A stretch of DNA of 60,000 nt from Mobula hypostoma (taxonomy: Eukaryota), in NCBI RefSeq assembly GCF_963921235.1, contig NC_086097.1, positions 68,636,001 to 68,696,000 of the forward strand, given 5' to 3'. Positions within the stretch are counted from its first letter, which is position 1. Every line of letters begins with the position of its first letter. A program made the position numbers and the translations under genes. A model generated the notes under the pieces. The model saw only the letters and a list, made by a program, of their open reading frames with translations. It made no database searches and was not told where the DNA came from. Below, one piece after another: positions 1 to 12,096 of this stretch.

Positions 1-248
1 CTGGACTGAACTTTGAGTCATTTTGAAATTGGTCATTTACCCCTAGACAACGATAGAGCTTGATTGATGCTGTTATCTTAATTCTGTGCACATGTGTGGT
101 TATCATTGTTGAATTGTTGCATTTATTATCCTTTCGATTACTGTGTTGCTTGTTTCTTTAATAAAACTTTCTTAGTTCTAGTACTCCAGACTCCAACTGA
201 GTGATCCATTTCTGCTGGTTTGGCAACCCAGTTACGGGGTACGTAACA
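1..248 (+). mobile_element. 3' end of a probable LTR (Gypsy-like), truncated by the window start
   Basis: AATAAA near 159, then a terminus ...GGGGTACGTAACA ending in the canonical CA, followed by a switch to AT-rich unique DNA. Confidence 0.5.
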
Positions 249-1627
249 TTTTAAACAAAGGAGAACCCTTGGTAAGGAGAAGTTTCTCTTAACTCTTTTG
301 ACAAATAACTTTTCAGGATAAGAAATACTGTATAACCAGTACAGTTGTTAGATTATAAATTGTAATTCCCGTCTTTCTGTTCTTACTTAATCCTTCTCTA
401 AGAAGGTGTTAATCCCTAGATTTGCCAATTTCTTTTTTGAGTAGCTCACAGGATTTGATTCCTTGAATACATAAAATCAGTAAGAATTAAACACGTAGCT
501 TAAAAATACTGTATTCAAACTTGCCCCTCACATTTCTTTTTGCAGTTGTTTACTAGGTAAATTATGAGCAACACAACATTCTGATCTGGTAACCTATTAA
601 GAGATATTTTACAGTAAATATAATGTGCAATCTTTAAGGTATAGGTAATTGTGTTCCAAAATCTAAAAATCTTTATAAAAACATTCATCACTGCATTCAT
701 TGTATGCAATGAATATAGATAAATTATCAAAATTATTTCCATCATACGCATAAAATTAACTCATTAGATTTTTAAAAAGTAACATTTTATTTTTCTTTAG
801 CTTGTAATAAGATAATTAATTCCAACCTTTTTCATATTAGATTTATTTAGCTAACACTAAAAAATAACAAGTCTGAAGCAAAAAACATTTCATAATAAAA
901 AAGAACAGTGGTGATGAACTTTTTCATTTTTTGGAGTGAATGAGGCATGTGTTTGAACTAGAAATTTAGGCCAAGTAGTGCCATTTGTACTGATGTACTG
1001 TAACTCATTAGTTGGACACTTCTCTCTCAAACTGCCCTGCAGTGCTTAAAATAAGTTATGAATGCTGCACTGTTCATTTGTCGAAAGACTTGCCTAGAGG
1101 AAAGCTGCATGCATGGGCCTTTTCAATTGAGAACATGCCAGTCAAGAATGAAGACATCTTTTCATAAACCCTGCTTTACATTTGTTTTCCACTGGGCAGC
1201 ATATCAAACATTTTATTTTTGCATTTGATTTCTATGCAACACCATTCCATTGTACTTTAACAATTATATTCCTTTATAAGACATTTAAAAACAACTTTGT
1301 TTTAATGTGTTATTTTGTGAAATTATTATGGCACAATTTAAAAAAGGTACTGTATATTATGAAAATATATTTTGCATTCCATCAATTTTAAACAGTACCC
1401 CAAAATATTAGTGTAAAGCAAAACCAACACTTTCAAAAGATTGTATAATAAACCACAATTTGTCAAGTAACTTTTGTCCCACTTTATTTGGGAAAAAAAG
1501 ACATGGATTTGTTTTGTAGAACAAGAAAAGCCTAGCAAGTAATGTTCAACAAAGGATGGAGATCACCCAATGACATCACATATAAATTGTTGCCAGCTTT
1601 GCTATATTTAATTGTTGTGATAAATGG

Positions 1628-1939
1628 AAACATAGAAACATAGAAAACCTACAGCATAATACAGGCCCTTCAGCCCACAAAGTTGTGCTGAACATGTCCC
1701 TACCTTAGAAATTACTAGACTTCCCCATAGCCTTCTATTTTTCTAAGCTCCATGTACCTATCCAAAAGTCTCTTAAAAGACCCTATCATATCCGCCTCCA
1801 CCACCGTTGCCGGCAGCCAATTCCATGCACTCACTACTCAATGAGTAAAAAACTTACCCCTGACATCTTCTCTGTACCTACTCCCCGACACCTTAAACCT
1901 GTGTCCTCTTGTGGCAACCATTTCAGCCATGGGAAAAAG
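1628..1939 (-). mobile_element. CR1 LINE 3' end
   Basis: Starts with (AAACATAG)n, the reverse of the TATGTTTC tail; reverse-complement match to the CR1 3' end at ~11455-11763. Confidence 0.85.
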
Positions 1940-2006
1940 ATCACTGAATTATAGGAAAGATGTCAACAAAATAGAGAGAGTACAGAGAAGATATACTAGA
2001 ATGTTA

Positions 2007-2223
2007 ACAACAGGAATTCTGCAGATGCTGGAAATTCAAGCAACATACATCAAAGTTGCTGGTGAATGCAGCAGGTCAAGCAGCATCTGTAGGAAGAGGT
2101 GCAGTCGACGTTTCAGGCCGAGACCCTTCGTCAGTCCTGACGAAGGGTCTCGGCCTGAAACGTCAACTGCACCTCTTCCTGCAGATGCTGCTTGGCCTGC
2201 TGCGTTCACCAGCAACTTTGAGG
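2007..2223 (-). mobile_element. Penelope pseudo-LTR-derived fold-back mini-element
   Basis: 13-bp TSD TACTAGAATGTTA (1994-2006 / 2224-2236); ~85-bp inverted arms spanning 2050-2221; matches the 3' end of the Penelope element at 51690-51790. Confidence 0.9.
2132..2169 (+). ncRNA. Minimal type I hammerhead ribozyme motif (Penelope type)
   Basis: CAGTC-CTGACGA-A-GGGT(CTCG)GCCT-GAAA-C-GTC-AACTG: core boxes intact, stem II present, minimal stem III, stem I with one mismatch. Confidence 0.75.
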
Positions 2224-2689
2224 TACTAGAATGTTACCTGGGTTTCATCATCTAAGTTACAAAGAAAGGTTGAACAAGTTGGGTCTTTATTCTTTGGGAC
2301 GTAGAAGGTTGAGGAGGGACTTGATAGAGGTATTTAAAATTATGAGAGGGATTGATAGTTGATGTGGATAGACTTTTTCCATTGAGAGTGGAGGAGATTC
2401 AAACAAGAGGACATGAGTTGAGAGTTAAAGGGCAAAAGTTTAGGGGTAACATGAGGGGGAACAACTTTACTCAGAGAGTGGCAGCTGTGTGGAACGAGCT
2501 TCCAGCAGAAGTGGTTGAGGCAGGTTCGATGTTGTCATTTAAAGTTAAATTGGACAGCTATATGGACAGGAAAGGAATGGAGGGTTATAGGCTGAGTGCA
2601 GGTCAGTGGGACTAGGTGAGAGTAAGCGTTCGACATGGACTAGAAGGGCTGAGATGGCCTGTTTCCGTGCTGTAATTGTTATATGGTTT

Positions 2690-3415
2690 TATAGAAGAAT
2701 GAGGGGTGACCTCATAGAAACCTGTCGAGTGTCAAAGGGCCTCGATAGAGTGGATGTGGAGAGGATGTTTCCTGTGGTGGGGGGAGTCTAAGGCCGGAGG
2801 ATACAGCCTCATAGTAGAGGGACGTCCTTTTAGAATGGCGATGAGGAGGAATTTCTTTAGCCAGAGAGTGGTAAATCTGTGTGGGCACGTGGCCAAGTAG
2901 TTAAGGCATTGGACTAGCGACCTAAAGGTCGCGAGTTCGAGCCCCAGCCGAGGGAATGTGTTGTGTCCTTGAGCAAGGCACTTAATCACACATTGCTCTG
3001 CGATGACACTGGGGCCAAGCTGTATGGGTCCTAATGCCCTTCCCTTGGACAACATTAGTGTCGTGGAAAGGGGAGACTTGCAGCACGGGCAACTGCTGGT
3101 CTTCCATACAACCTTGCCCAGGCCTGCGCCCTGGAGAGTGAAGACTTTCCAGGCGCAGATCCATGGTCTCACAAGACTAACGGATGCCTTAAGGTAAATC
3201 TGTGGAGTGTGTTGCCAGAGGCGGCTGTGGAGGCCAAGTCACTGGGTATATTTAGGGCAGAGGTTGATAGCTTCTTGATCGGTCAGGGCATGAAGGGATA
3301 TGTGGGGAGAGGGGCAGGAGATTGGGGCTGAGAGGGAAAATGGATGAGCCAAGATGAAATGATGGCGTAGACTCGATGGGTCGAATGGCCTAATTCTGCT
3401 CCCTGTATCTCATGG
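2690..3415 (+). mobile_element. CR1 LINE 3' end interrupted by a SINE
   Basis: RRMRGDLIE motif; CR1 3' UTR ending ...AATGGCCTAATTCTGCTCC. Confidence 0.85.
2882..3192 (+). mobile_element. tRNA-derived CORE-type SINE, full length
   Basis: A box TGGCCAAGTAG, B box GAGTTCGAGCC, CORE-like GTGTCCTTGAGCAAGGCACTTAA; 12-bp TSD GGTAAATCTGTG (2870-2881 / 3193-3204). Confidence 0.85.
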
Positions 3416-3526
3416 AAGTGAAAAAAAAGTAAAAGGATGCTCGGCAGGTCAGGAAGCATCTGTGGAGCAAGAAACGGGTTTTATGGAGACTCTTGTTGTA
3501 GCATGTGTGTGATTATGCATAGTCTG

Positions 3527-4167
3527 TAGACATCCCACCCTGCAAAAACTCATTTTAGGGAGGTAGCACCCCTATCCCACGCAACCCCATATTCGCCCCC
3601 CCCCCCGACCCTGGTCGACCTCCAAGGGTGTATGCAATACTTTGTTTAGTGATTTTGTCTAATCTATAAAACAAAGTTGGGTATATGCAGAAAATGTCAC
3701 ATTCAAGTATGTATTTATATTATATTATCATTTTTATTCTATTACAACTTTAAGCAAGTCTACAGGGAGTTTGGCCTCATCAATAGAGTAGCTCCTTAGC
3801 AGCCAGCCAGCTAGTTTAAATATCATTAGCTACGCTAATGAGCGAATGACACCTGTTAAACTCACCTCAACATGTCTTTTACATTTTAACCCACTGTGAG
3901 CAATAGAAAAGTCACTGTTGCAAACAGTGCAGCGAGTAACACTGTCATTATTTTTGAGGTCAACTGTAAAGCCCGCCCACAGAGAAAACTGATAGGTCAT
4001 ACAACATGAAGAGAGACCAATCAGGATGCTTGCTCTCGCTCTTCCTCTTCCTCTCCCACTCTCAAAAAAATTGACTTCCGGGATATTGTGTATAATTTGC
4101 GAGCGTCAGAGAGCTGCTATCAATATGTGGGAGACTCCCGCAATTTCTGGGAGAGGTGGGATGTCTG
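3527..4167. mobile_element. Non-autonomous DNA transposon (MITE, possibly hAT-like)
   Basis: Terminal inverted repeats (T)AGACATCCCACC ... GGTGGGATGTCTG; no coding capacity; no clear TSD. Confidence 0.6.
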
Positions 4168-4238
4168 GATCTGGATGTGGTCTTTCCCAGTTGGGCATGA
4201 CTTCCACAGGATCGCTGTGATTTACAAAGGTTTACAAG

Positions 4239-4311
4239 CAGGGGTTCACAACCTGGAGTCCACTGACCCATTGCTTAATGGCATTGGTCAAAAAAAAAGT
4301 TTGAGAACCCT
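4239..4311 (+). mobile_element. Short hAT-Charlie-like MITE, decayed
   Basis: CAGGGGTTCACAACC ... GTTTGAGAACCCTT; same family as 33460-33539. Confidence 0.65.
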
Positions 4312-4384
4312 TTTGTTTACAAGGTTAAGCGCCAAATGCTGGCAGATGGGACATCTTGGTCTAAGATGTCTAAGGACATCTAAG

Positions 4385-4976
4385 GTCCTTCTGCAGTTGT
4401 ACAGGGCCCTGGTAAAACCACACCTGGAGTATTGTGTACAGTTTTGGTCTCCAAATTTGAGGAAGGACATTCTTGCTATGGAGGGAGTGCAGCATAGGTT
4501 TCCCGGGTTAATTCCAGGGAAGGCGGCACTGTCATATGTTGAAAGATTGGAGCGACTGGGCTTGTATACACTGAAATTTAGAAGGATGAGAGGGGATCTG
4601 ATTGAAACATATAAGATTATTAAGGGATTGGACACGCTAGAGGCAAGAAACATGTTCCCGATGTTGGGGAGTCCAGAACCAGAGACAACAGTTTAAGAAT
4701 ACGGGGTAGGCCATTTAGAATGGAGTTGAGGAAAAACTTTTTCACACAGAGGGTCGTGGATCTGTGGAATGCTCCGCCTCAGAAGGCAGTGGAGGCCAAG
4801 TCTCTGGATGCTTTCAAGAAAGAGTTAGATAGAGCTCTTAAAGATAGCAGAGTCAAGGGATATGGGGAGAAGGCAGGAAAAGGGTACTGATTGTGGATGA
4901 TCAGCCATGATCACAGAGAATGATGGTGCTGGCTCGAAGGGCTGATTGGCCTACTCCTGCACCTATTGTCTCTTGT
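4385..4976 (+). mobile_element. CR1 LINE 3' fragment
   Basis: LYRALVKPHLEYCVQFWSP motif; 3' UTR ending GGCCTACTCCTGCACCTATTGTCT. Confidence 0.9.
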
Positions 4977-5742
4977 CTATCCACATGATCAATGCCTCTC
5001 ATCATCTTATACTGTACACCTCTATCAGGTCACCTCTCATCCTCCGTCACTCCAAGGAGAAAAGACCGAGTTCACTCAACCTATCCTCATAAGGCATGCT
5101 CCCCAATCCAGGCAACATCCTTGTAAATCTCCTCTGCACCCTTTCTATGGCTTCTACATCCTTCCTGTAGTGAGGCGACCAGAACGGAGCACAGTACTCC
5201 AAGTGGGGTCTGCCCAGGGTCCTACATAGCTGCAACATTACCTCTTGGCTCCTAAATTCAATTCCACAATTGATGAAGGCCAATACACTGTATGCCTTCT
5301 TAACCACACAGTCAACCTGCGCAGCTGCTTTGAGTGTCCTAACGACTTAGAACCCAAGATCCCTCTAATTCTCCACACTGCAAAGAGTCTTACCATTAAT
5401 ACTGTATTCTGCCATCATATTTGACCTACTAAAATGAACCACTTCACACTTATCTGGGTTGAACTCCATCTGCCACTTCTCAGCCCAGTTTTGTATTCTA
5501 TCAATGTCCCGCTGTAACCTCTGACAATCCTCCACACTATCCACAACACCCCCAACCTTTGTGTCATCAGCAAACTTACTAACCCAACCCTCCACTTCCT
5601 CATCCAGGTCATTTATAAAAATCACTAAGAGTAAGGGTCCCAGAACAGATCCCTGAAGCACTCCACTGGTGACCGACCTCCATGCAGAATATGACCCGTC
5701 TACAACCACTCTTTGCCTTCTGTGGGCAAGCCAGTTCTGGAG
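4977..5742 (-). mobile_element. CR1 LINE RT fragment
   Basis: GVLQGSVLGPLLLVIFINDL and SKFADDTK RT motifs; frameshifted. Confidence 0.9.
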
Positions 5743-5805
5743 CATGAAAAAAAAACTGTAAACTTAAATAATGGCACATATTTGAATTGTTCATATTGCA
5801 GTTGT

Positions 5806-8070
5806 GTCAGACCTTAGTAAGATCACATCTGGAGTATGGTGCAGAAGGCTGCAAGATGTCCTGACTGATGAAATACAAGTATGAGGAACATAAACAGGGA
5901 AGAGAGTAGGAAACTTTGCCCCCATAATGTAGGTATCCAGGACTAGAGTGCAGGTTTAGCGCAAGGAGCAAAAGGCTTAGTGGGGATTTGAGAATGAACT
6001 TTTTCAATCCAGTTGGTGGATGGAATCTGGAATACCTGAAATACCAATGCATTGAAGTCCATGGTCTAAATGCGAATTAATGGAATTAGTAATAGACAGA
6101 TAATTGATTGCCAAAGACAATGTGGGTCAAAGGTCCTGCTTGTATGCTGTATGACTGACTGGTCATAGAGCAACAGTAGAAATAAATGTATCCTTCTCAG
6201 GTGGCAGATTCTGATAAGTGAAACACAGCAAGGGTCAAGATAGGGACCTTGTTTTCATAATCTACATCAACAGTGTGGCTCAGAGGACCAAATGTTACTT
6301 ACCCTTGTTTGTTACTCAGCTTTGTGACCAAGTTTGTGGACCATACCAAGATAGGTTTAGGGGCAGGTAATGTTAAGGAAGTAGGGAGTCGGCAGAAGGA
6401 CATAGACAGATAAGGAGAATGGGCAAAGAACTAGCAGTTGGAACATAATGTAGGGAAGTTTATGGTCATGCCCTTTGGTATAAGGAATAAAAGTGTGAAC
6501 TATTTTCTAAATGGGGAGAAAATTCAGCAATCAGAGGTGCAAAGTGACTTCGGAGTCCTCGTGCAGAATTCCCAAAGGGTTAACTTGCAGGTTGAATCAG
6601 TGGTAAGGAAGGGAAATGCATTGTTAACACTCATTTTGAGAGGACTAGAATATAAAAGCAAAGATGTAATGTTGAAGCTTTATAAGACATTGGTCAGTCT
6701 GCACTTGGGAGTATTGTGAGCAGTTTTCGGCTCCTTATATGCTGGCTTTGGAGTGAGTCAAGAGGAGGTTCATGAGAATGATTCCAGGAATGAAAGGGGT
6801 AACTATGAGGATCAATTAATGGCTCTGGACCTGTACTCAGTGGAGTTTAGAAGAATGAGGGAAGACCTCATTGAAATCTATTGAATATTGATAGAGTGGA
6901 TGTGGAAAAAGATGGTTTCTCTAGTGGGGGAGTCTAGGACTACAGGGTACAGCTCGGAACAAAGGACATCCCTTTAAAACAAAGCTGAGGAGGAATTTCT
7001 TTACAGGATGGTGAATCTGTGGAATTCACTGCTATAGGTGGCTGTGGAGGCCAAGTCTTAGAATATATTTGAAGAGGAAGTTTACAGATTCTTGATTAGT
7101 AAGAGTGTTAAAGGTTACGGGGAGAAGGCAAGAGAATGGGGTTGAGAAGGATAATAAATCAGTCATGATAGAATGCCTTGCAGACTTGATGGGCCAAATA
7201 ACTTAATTCTGCTCTTATGTCTCAAGGTCTTATATCAATATAAGCTGGGTGGGATTCAAGTAATGTTAGAGCATATAGAGGCATTAGACATAATAAGTGT
7301 GTGAGAACATGGCAGATGGAATATTATGTGGAATAATGTAACTCATCCACTTTGGTGCACAAAATAGAAAAGCAGAGTGGTTGTTAAATAATGGGAGGTT
7401 GGGTAGTATAGATATACAAAGGGGCCTTGTATGAAAATCACTGACTGAAGGCCAGATGTAGGTGCCTGAAGTAATTAAGAGTATAACTGGCAATTTGTTC
7501 TTTAATAATAGAGAATCTGAGTAGAGGAGAAAGGAAGTTTTATTACAATTGCATTGGGCCTTTGTCTTACCTGAAATGTTATTGCCACCGAATAATGTAG
7601 TTCCAGGGATGGCAGGTTTACAATACAGGACAAATTGAATAGGCCAGGACTGTATTGTCCTTATAAAACAGCAGTGTTTAGAAGAATGGGAGGTGATCTT
7701 ATCAAATCTAAAAATTCTTTAAGAGGCTGTTTCTAAAAGGAATGACAGACCCCTTGTAAGGTGGAGTTTTCCACGGAGTCCAGGACCAGGGGCTCAGTTC
7801 CAGAATGAGGGGAGTGTTGTTTAGAACTGGGATCAAAATAAATTTCTTTACGCAAATGTCTGTAAATGTCTTCTTTCCAGGAGGGTTCGACTATGAGTTT
7901 ATGCATAACAGGCACCAATTGATTTTTGGACATTAAAGCAATGAAGAAATATGACAATAGAGGTTAAAAAGGCACTGGGATCGAAAATAAGCCATATTTT
8001 AATGAATGACAAACCAAAGTCAAAGAACCAGATGGTTAAATTCCTAATCTAATTTTTATTATGTTCTTAT
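5806..8070 (+). mobile_element. Cluster of about three older, decayed CR1 fragments (~5806-6160, ~6170-7233, ~7240-8070)
   Basis: Degenerate RPHLEY and EYKSKDVMLKLYKTLV peptides and repeated CR1 3' UTR remnants. Confidence 0.75.
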
Positions 8071-8867
8071 AACTGAACTTCTTCTGCATTGTCCCAGTAA
8101 TATCTTATAATCCAAATGTCGAAGAGGCAACAACATTGAATCAGTGATATTTGCATTCATTTCTCATTCCCAAGAGACATTCAAGTATTGAATTAAGAAT
8201 ATTTTATAGTAACATTTATTTATTCCTTGGAAGTGTATGGATCAACATAGCTCATCTGCCATCAGCGTGACAGAAAGCTTTAAATCTGAGAATATAGCTA
8301 CTTTTAAGTGCCAATATCATGAAGAAAGAGTTGTACACTAAATTTGAGGACCATTTACATTTTGATTCTTCTGAAGCCATTACCATTAAATCAAAACTTT
8401 CACCTGCTGTTTTTTCTGCAAATTATACTAATACGAGAGAACTCTAAGATATTTAAACCTGTTTACTGATATACACACCCAAATATGAAGCAGTAAATGC
8501 TGTGAGAACATTGATAAGTATACTGATATTCTCAAAAATTAAAAAATTAAGTGCTCAGGAGGAGACCACTATAAAGTTATTTTCACATCATATCAAGTTC
8601 AGCATCCATCTAATTTGCTTTGGAATCCAATAGGGATCCACTCTATGAACTACCTTGTCAATGTTAAAAATGCTTTGAAGTAATAATATTTCTGTGTAAA
8701 TTTATAAATGACAGTACTATTGCTTCCATGATTTCCCATTATCTCCAGTTAATACTGTGCCCAATTAGTATAATATTATTTCATCATTTTATTGTTCTGA
8801 AAATATTTATTAGTTCAAAATGGTCAACAATATTGGTGTGAAAATTAAATTCCCAAATAAACTTCTA

Positions 8868-11026
8868 GATAAGAACATAAGAAATAGGAGCAGGAATTGG
8901 CCATCTGACCCATCAAACCTACTGGCCATTCAATAAAATCATGGCTGATCTGGCTATAGACTCATCTCCATCTACCTGCTTTTTCTCCATAACCCTTAAT
9001 TCCCTTACAATGCAAAAATATATCCAGCCTTGTCTTAAATATATTTACTGCGGTAGCCTCCACTGTTTCATTGGGCAGAGAACTCCACAGATTCACCACT
9101 CCCTCAGAAAAGCATTTCCTCCTCAACTCCATCCTAAATCTTGAGGTTATGTCCCCTAGTTCTAATCTCACCTACTAGTGGAAACAATTTGTCTGCATCA
9201 ATCTTATTTATCCCTTTCACAATTTTATGTGTTTCTCTAAGATCTCCTCTCATTCTTCTGAATTCCAGTGAGTATAGTCCCAGGTGACTCAATCTCTCCT
9301 CATAGCCTAACCCCCCTCATCTCTGGAATCAACCTGGTGAACCTCCTCTGCACCACTGCCTCCAAAGCCAGTACATCCTTCTTCAAGTAAGGAGACCAGA
9401 ACTGCATGCAGTACTCCAGGAGAGGCCTCACCAGTACTCTGTACTGTTGCAGCATAAGCTCCCTGCTCTTAAATTCAATCCGTCTAGCAATGAAGGCCAA
9501 CATTCCATTTGCTTTCTTGATAACCTGCTGCACCTGTAAACCAACCTTTTGTGATTCATGCACAAGCACTCTTAAGTCCTTCTGCATAGCAGCATGCTGC
9601 AATTTTTTACCCATTTAATTAATAATCTGCTTTCATTTTTCCTTCCAAAGTGGATCTCACATTTACCAACATTGTACTCCATCTACCAGATCCGTGCTCT
9701 CTCTGCAGACTCTCCACATCCTCGGCATAAATTGCTTTTCCACTCAATTTAATATCATCAGCAAACTTAGATACACTATAAACGGTCCCTTCTTCCAGAT
9801 CATTAATGTATATCGTGAACAGTTGCAGGCCCAGCACCAACCCTTGCGACACACCATTCACAACTGATTGCCAACCAGAGTAACACCCATGTATCCCAAC
9901 TTGCTGCTTTCTATTAGTTAGCCAATCCTCTATCCATGCTAATACATCACCCCCAACTCTATGCAACCTTATCTTATGGATGTCTTTTATGTGGCACCTT
10001 ATCAAACGCCTTCTGGAAATCAAAGTAAATAACATCAATCTGTTCCCCCCTATCCTCTGCGTTTGTTATATCCTCAAAGAATTCCAGTAAGTTTGTCAAA
10101 CAGGACCTGCCTTTGCTGAACCCATGCTGCGTCTACCTGACGGATCCATTTCTTTCCAGATGCCTCACTATTTCTTCTTTAATGATAGCTTCAAGCATTT
10201 TCCCAACTACAGATGTTAAACTAACTGGCCTATAGTTACCTACCTTTTGCCTACATCCTTTTTTGAACAGTGGTGTGGCATTTGCCATCTTCCAATCTGC
10301 CGGGATCTGTCCAGAGTCCAGTGAATTTTGGTAAATCATCACCAAAGCCTCTACTATAACTTCTGCCATTTCTTTTAGTACCCTGGGATGCATTTCCATC
10401 ATGACCAGGGGACTTATCTACCTTCAGGCCCACAAGTTTGTTCTGCTCTACCTCTTTAGTGATAGCTATTGTATCGAGGTCCTCACCTCCCATCGCATCC
10501 ATAACATTTCTCTTTGGCATGTTAGATATGTCCTCCACTGTGAAGACCAACACAAAATAGTCATTCAAAGCCTCAGCCATTTTCTCATTACCCAATATCA
10601 ATTCCCCCTTCTTGTCCTCCAAAGGACCTACATTCACTTTATCCACCCTCTTCCGCTTTATATAAATCATAAAACCTTTCACTACCCATTTTTATATTTT
10701 GTGCCAGTTTATTTTCATAATCTAGATTCCCTTTATTGCTCGCTTAGTGGTACTTCGTTGCTTTTTAAAGTTTTCCCAATCTTCCAGCTTCCCACTACTC
10801 TTGGCAACTTAGTTTGCACAAGCTTTTAGTTTGATGCCTTCTTTTATTTCCTTAGTTATCCAAGGCTAGCTCTCCCCACCCTTCCTGTCCTTGCTTTTAA
10901 CTGGAATATACTTTTGTTGAGCACCATGAAAATCTTCAACTGTTCCTCAACTGTTCCAACATATAGCCTGTGTTCCCAGTACACACTAGCCAATTCCTCC
11001 CTCATCCCATTGTAGTCTCCATTGTT
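8868..11026 (-). mobile_element. CR1 LINE, 5'-truncated ORF2 (RT) plus 3' UTR
   Basis: NYRPVSLTSVVGKMLE, SKFADDIK and LVRPLLEYCMQFWSP motifs across frameshifts; (AAGAACAT) tail at ~8870. Confidence 0.92.
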
Positions 11027-11190
11027 TCGGAGAGCTGTAATTTCTTTGGTGGGTTAAATTCAATACACAGGCAAGAACAATCGAACAGTAAGGTTTCTGC
11101 TGAAGTCTGCTTGAGGAATTTCTGCCATCAACATAACTAGATAATTTTAAAGGGGGGAAAAAGTTACTTGAGAAATTATAAACTAAACAT

Positions 11191-11763
11191 AGTTGCAGCT
11201 ATATAGGACCCTGGTCAGACCCCACTTGGAGTACTGTGCTCCGTTCTGGTCGCCTCACTACAGGAAGGATGTGGAAGCCATAGAAAGGGTGCAGAGGAGA
11301 TTTACAAGGATGTTGCCTGGATTGGGGAGCATGCCTTATGAGAACAGGCTAAGTGAACTCGGCCTTTTCTCCTTGGAGCGACGGAGGATGAGAGGTGACC
11401 TAATAGAGGTGTATAAGATGATGAGAGGCATTGATTGTGTGGACAGTCAGAGGCTTTTTCCCAGGGCTGTAATGGATGCCACAAGAGGACACAGGTTTAA
11501 GGGGCTGGGGAGTAGGTACAGAGGAGATATCAGGGGTAAGTTTTTTACTCAGAGAGTAGTGAGTGCATGGAAGGGGCTGCCGGCAATGGTGGTGGAGGCA
11601 GATCTGACAGGGTCTTTTAAGAGACTTTTGGATAGGTACATGGAGCTTAGAAAAATAGAGGGCTATGGGGAAGTCTATTAATTTCTAAGGTTGGGACACG
11701 TTCAGCACAACTTTGTGAGCCGAAGGGCCTGTATTGTGCTGTAGGTTTTCTATGTTTCTACGT
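11191..11763 (+). mobile_element. CR1 LINE 3' fragment, relatively young (uninterrupted 162-aa ORF2 C-terminus)
   Basis: ORF 11193-11681 LYRTLVRPHLEYCAPFWSPH...; TTTCTATGTTTCTA tail; possible 7-bp TSD TAAACAT. Confidence 0.92.
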
Positions 11764-11899
11764 TAAACATGTTTCCATTAATCACTTTCAAACTTATCAA
11801 AGATACAGTCAAATATGGTAACAAAATTGTTAAGTGTTTAACTTCTCAAACAAGTCCACTTGTCCAACACATCACTTTGCTCAATTACTGACGTTCTCT

Positions 11900-12096
11900 T
11901 TGTTCAACCCGCCCTCTGCTAGCTTCTCTTTTACTTAGATTAACTTGCTTTCTTTCTTTCTCAGTAGATTAAATGACTTTGACCAAAAGCAATATCTTCT
12001 TCTCTTTCCCCAAATACTGCTTGACCTGCTGAGGTTTTCCAGAATTTTCTGTTTTTATTTTAAATATCCAGCATCTGCAGTTTTATTTTTGATTTT
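11900..12096 (+). mobile_element. Decayed Penelope pseudo-LTR fragment
   Basis: ...CTGCTTGACCTGCTGAG...CCAGCATCTGCAG resembles the 3' ends at 35180-35260 and 47550-47620. Confidence 0.65.

Larger units (their letters stand above)
1940..2689 (+). mobile_element. CR1 LINE 3' fragment (ORF2 C-terminus), interrupted by a Penelope-derived fold-back insertion
   Basis: YRKDVNKIERVQRRYTRM and RGNMRGNNFTQRVAAVWNELP peptides; same subfamily as 38007-39293. Confidence 0.9.

Noticed and set aside
515..1538. Short ORFs in AT-rich DNA (also 20595-21163 and 30218-34657)
   Set aside because: Mostly non-ATG starts, composition dictated by AT richness, and no domain or splice support
1628..2689. Opposed CR1 fragments suggesting a twin-priming inversion (also 4385-5742)
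   Set aside because: The fragments come from different subfamilies and overlap in ORF2 position, so they are independent insertions
2882..2950. tRNA gene
   Set aside because: It is the head of a TSD-flanked SINE, without a proper acceptor stem or terminator
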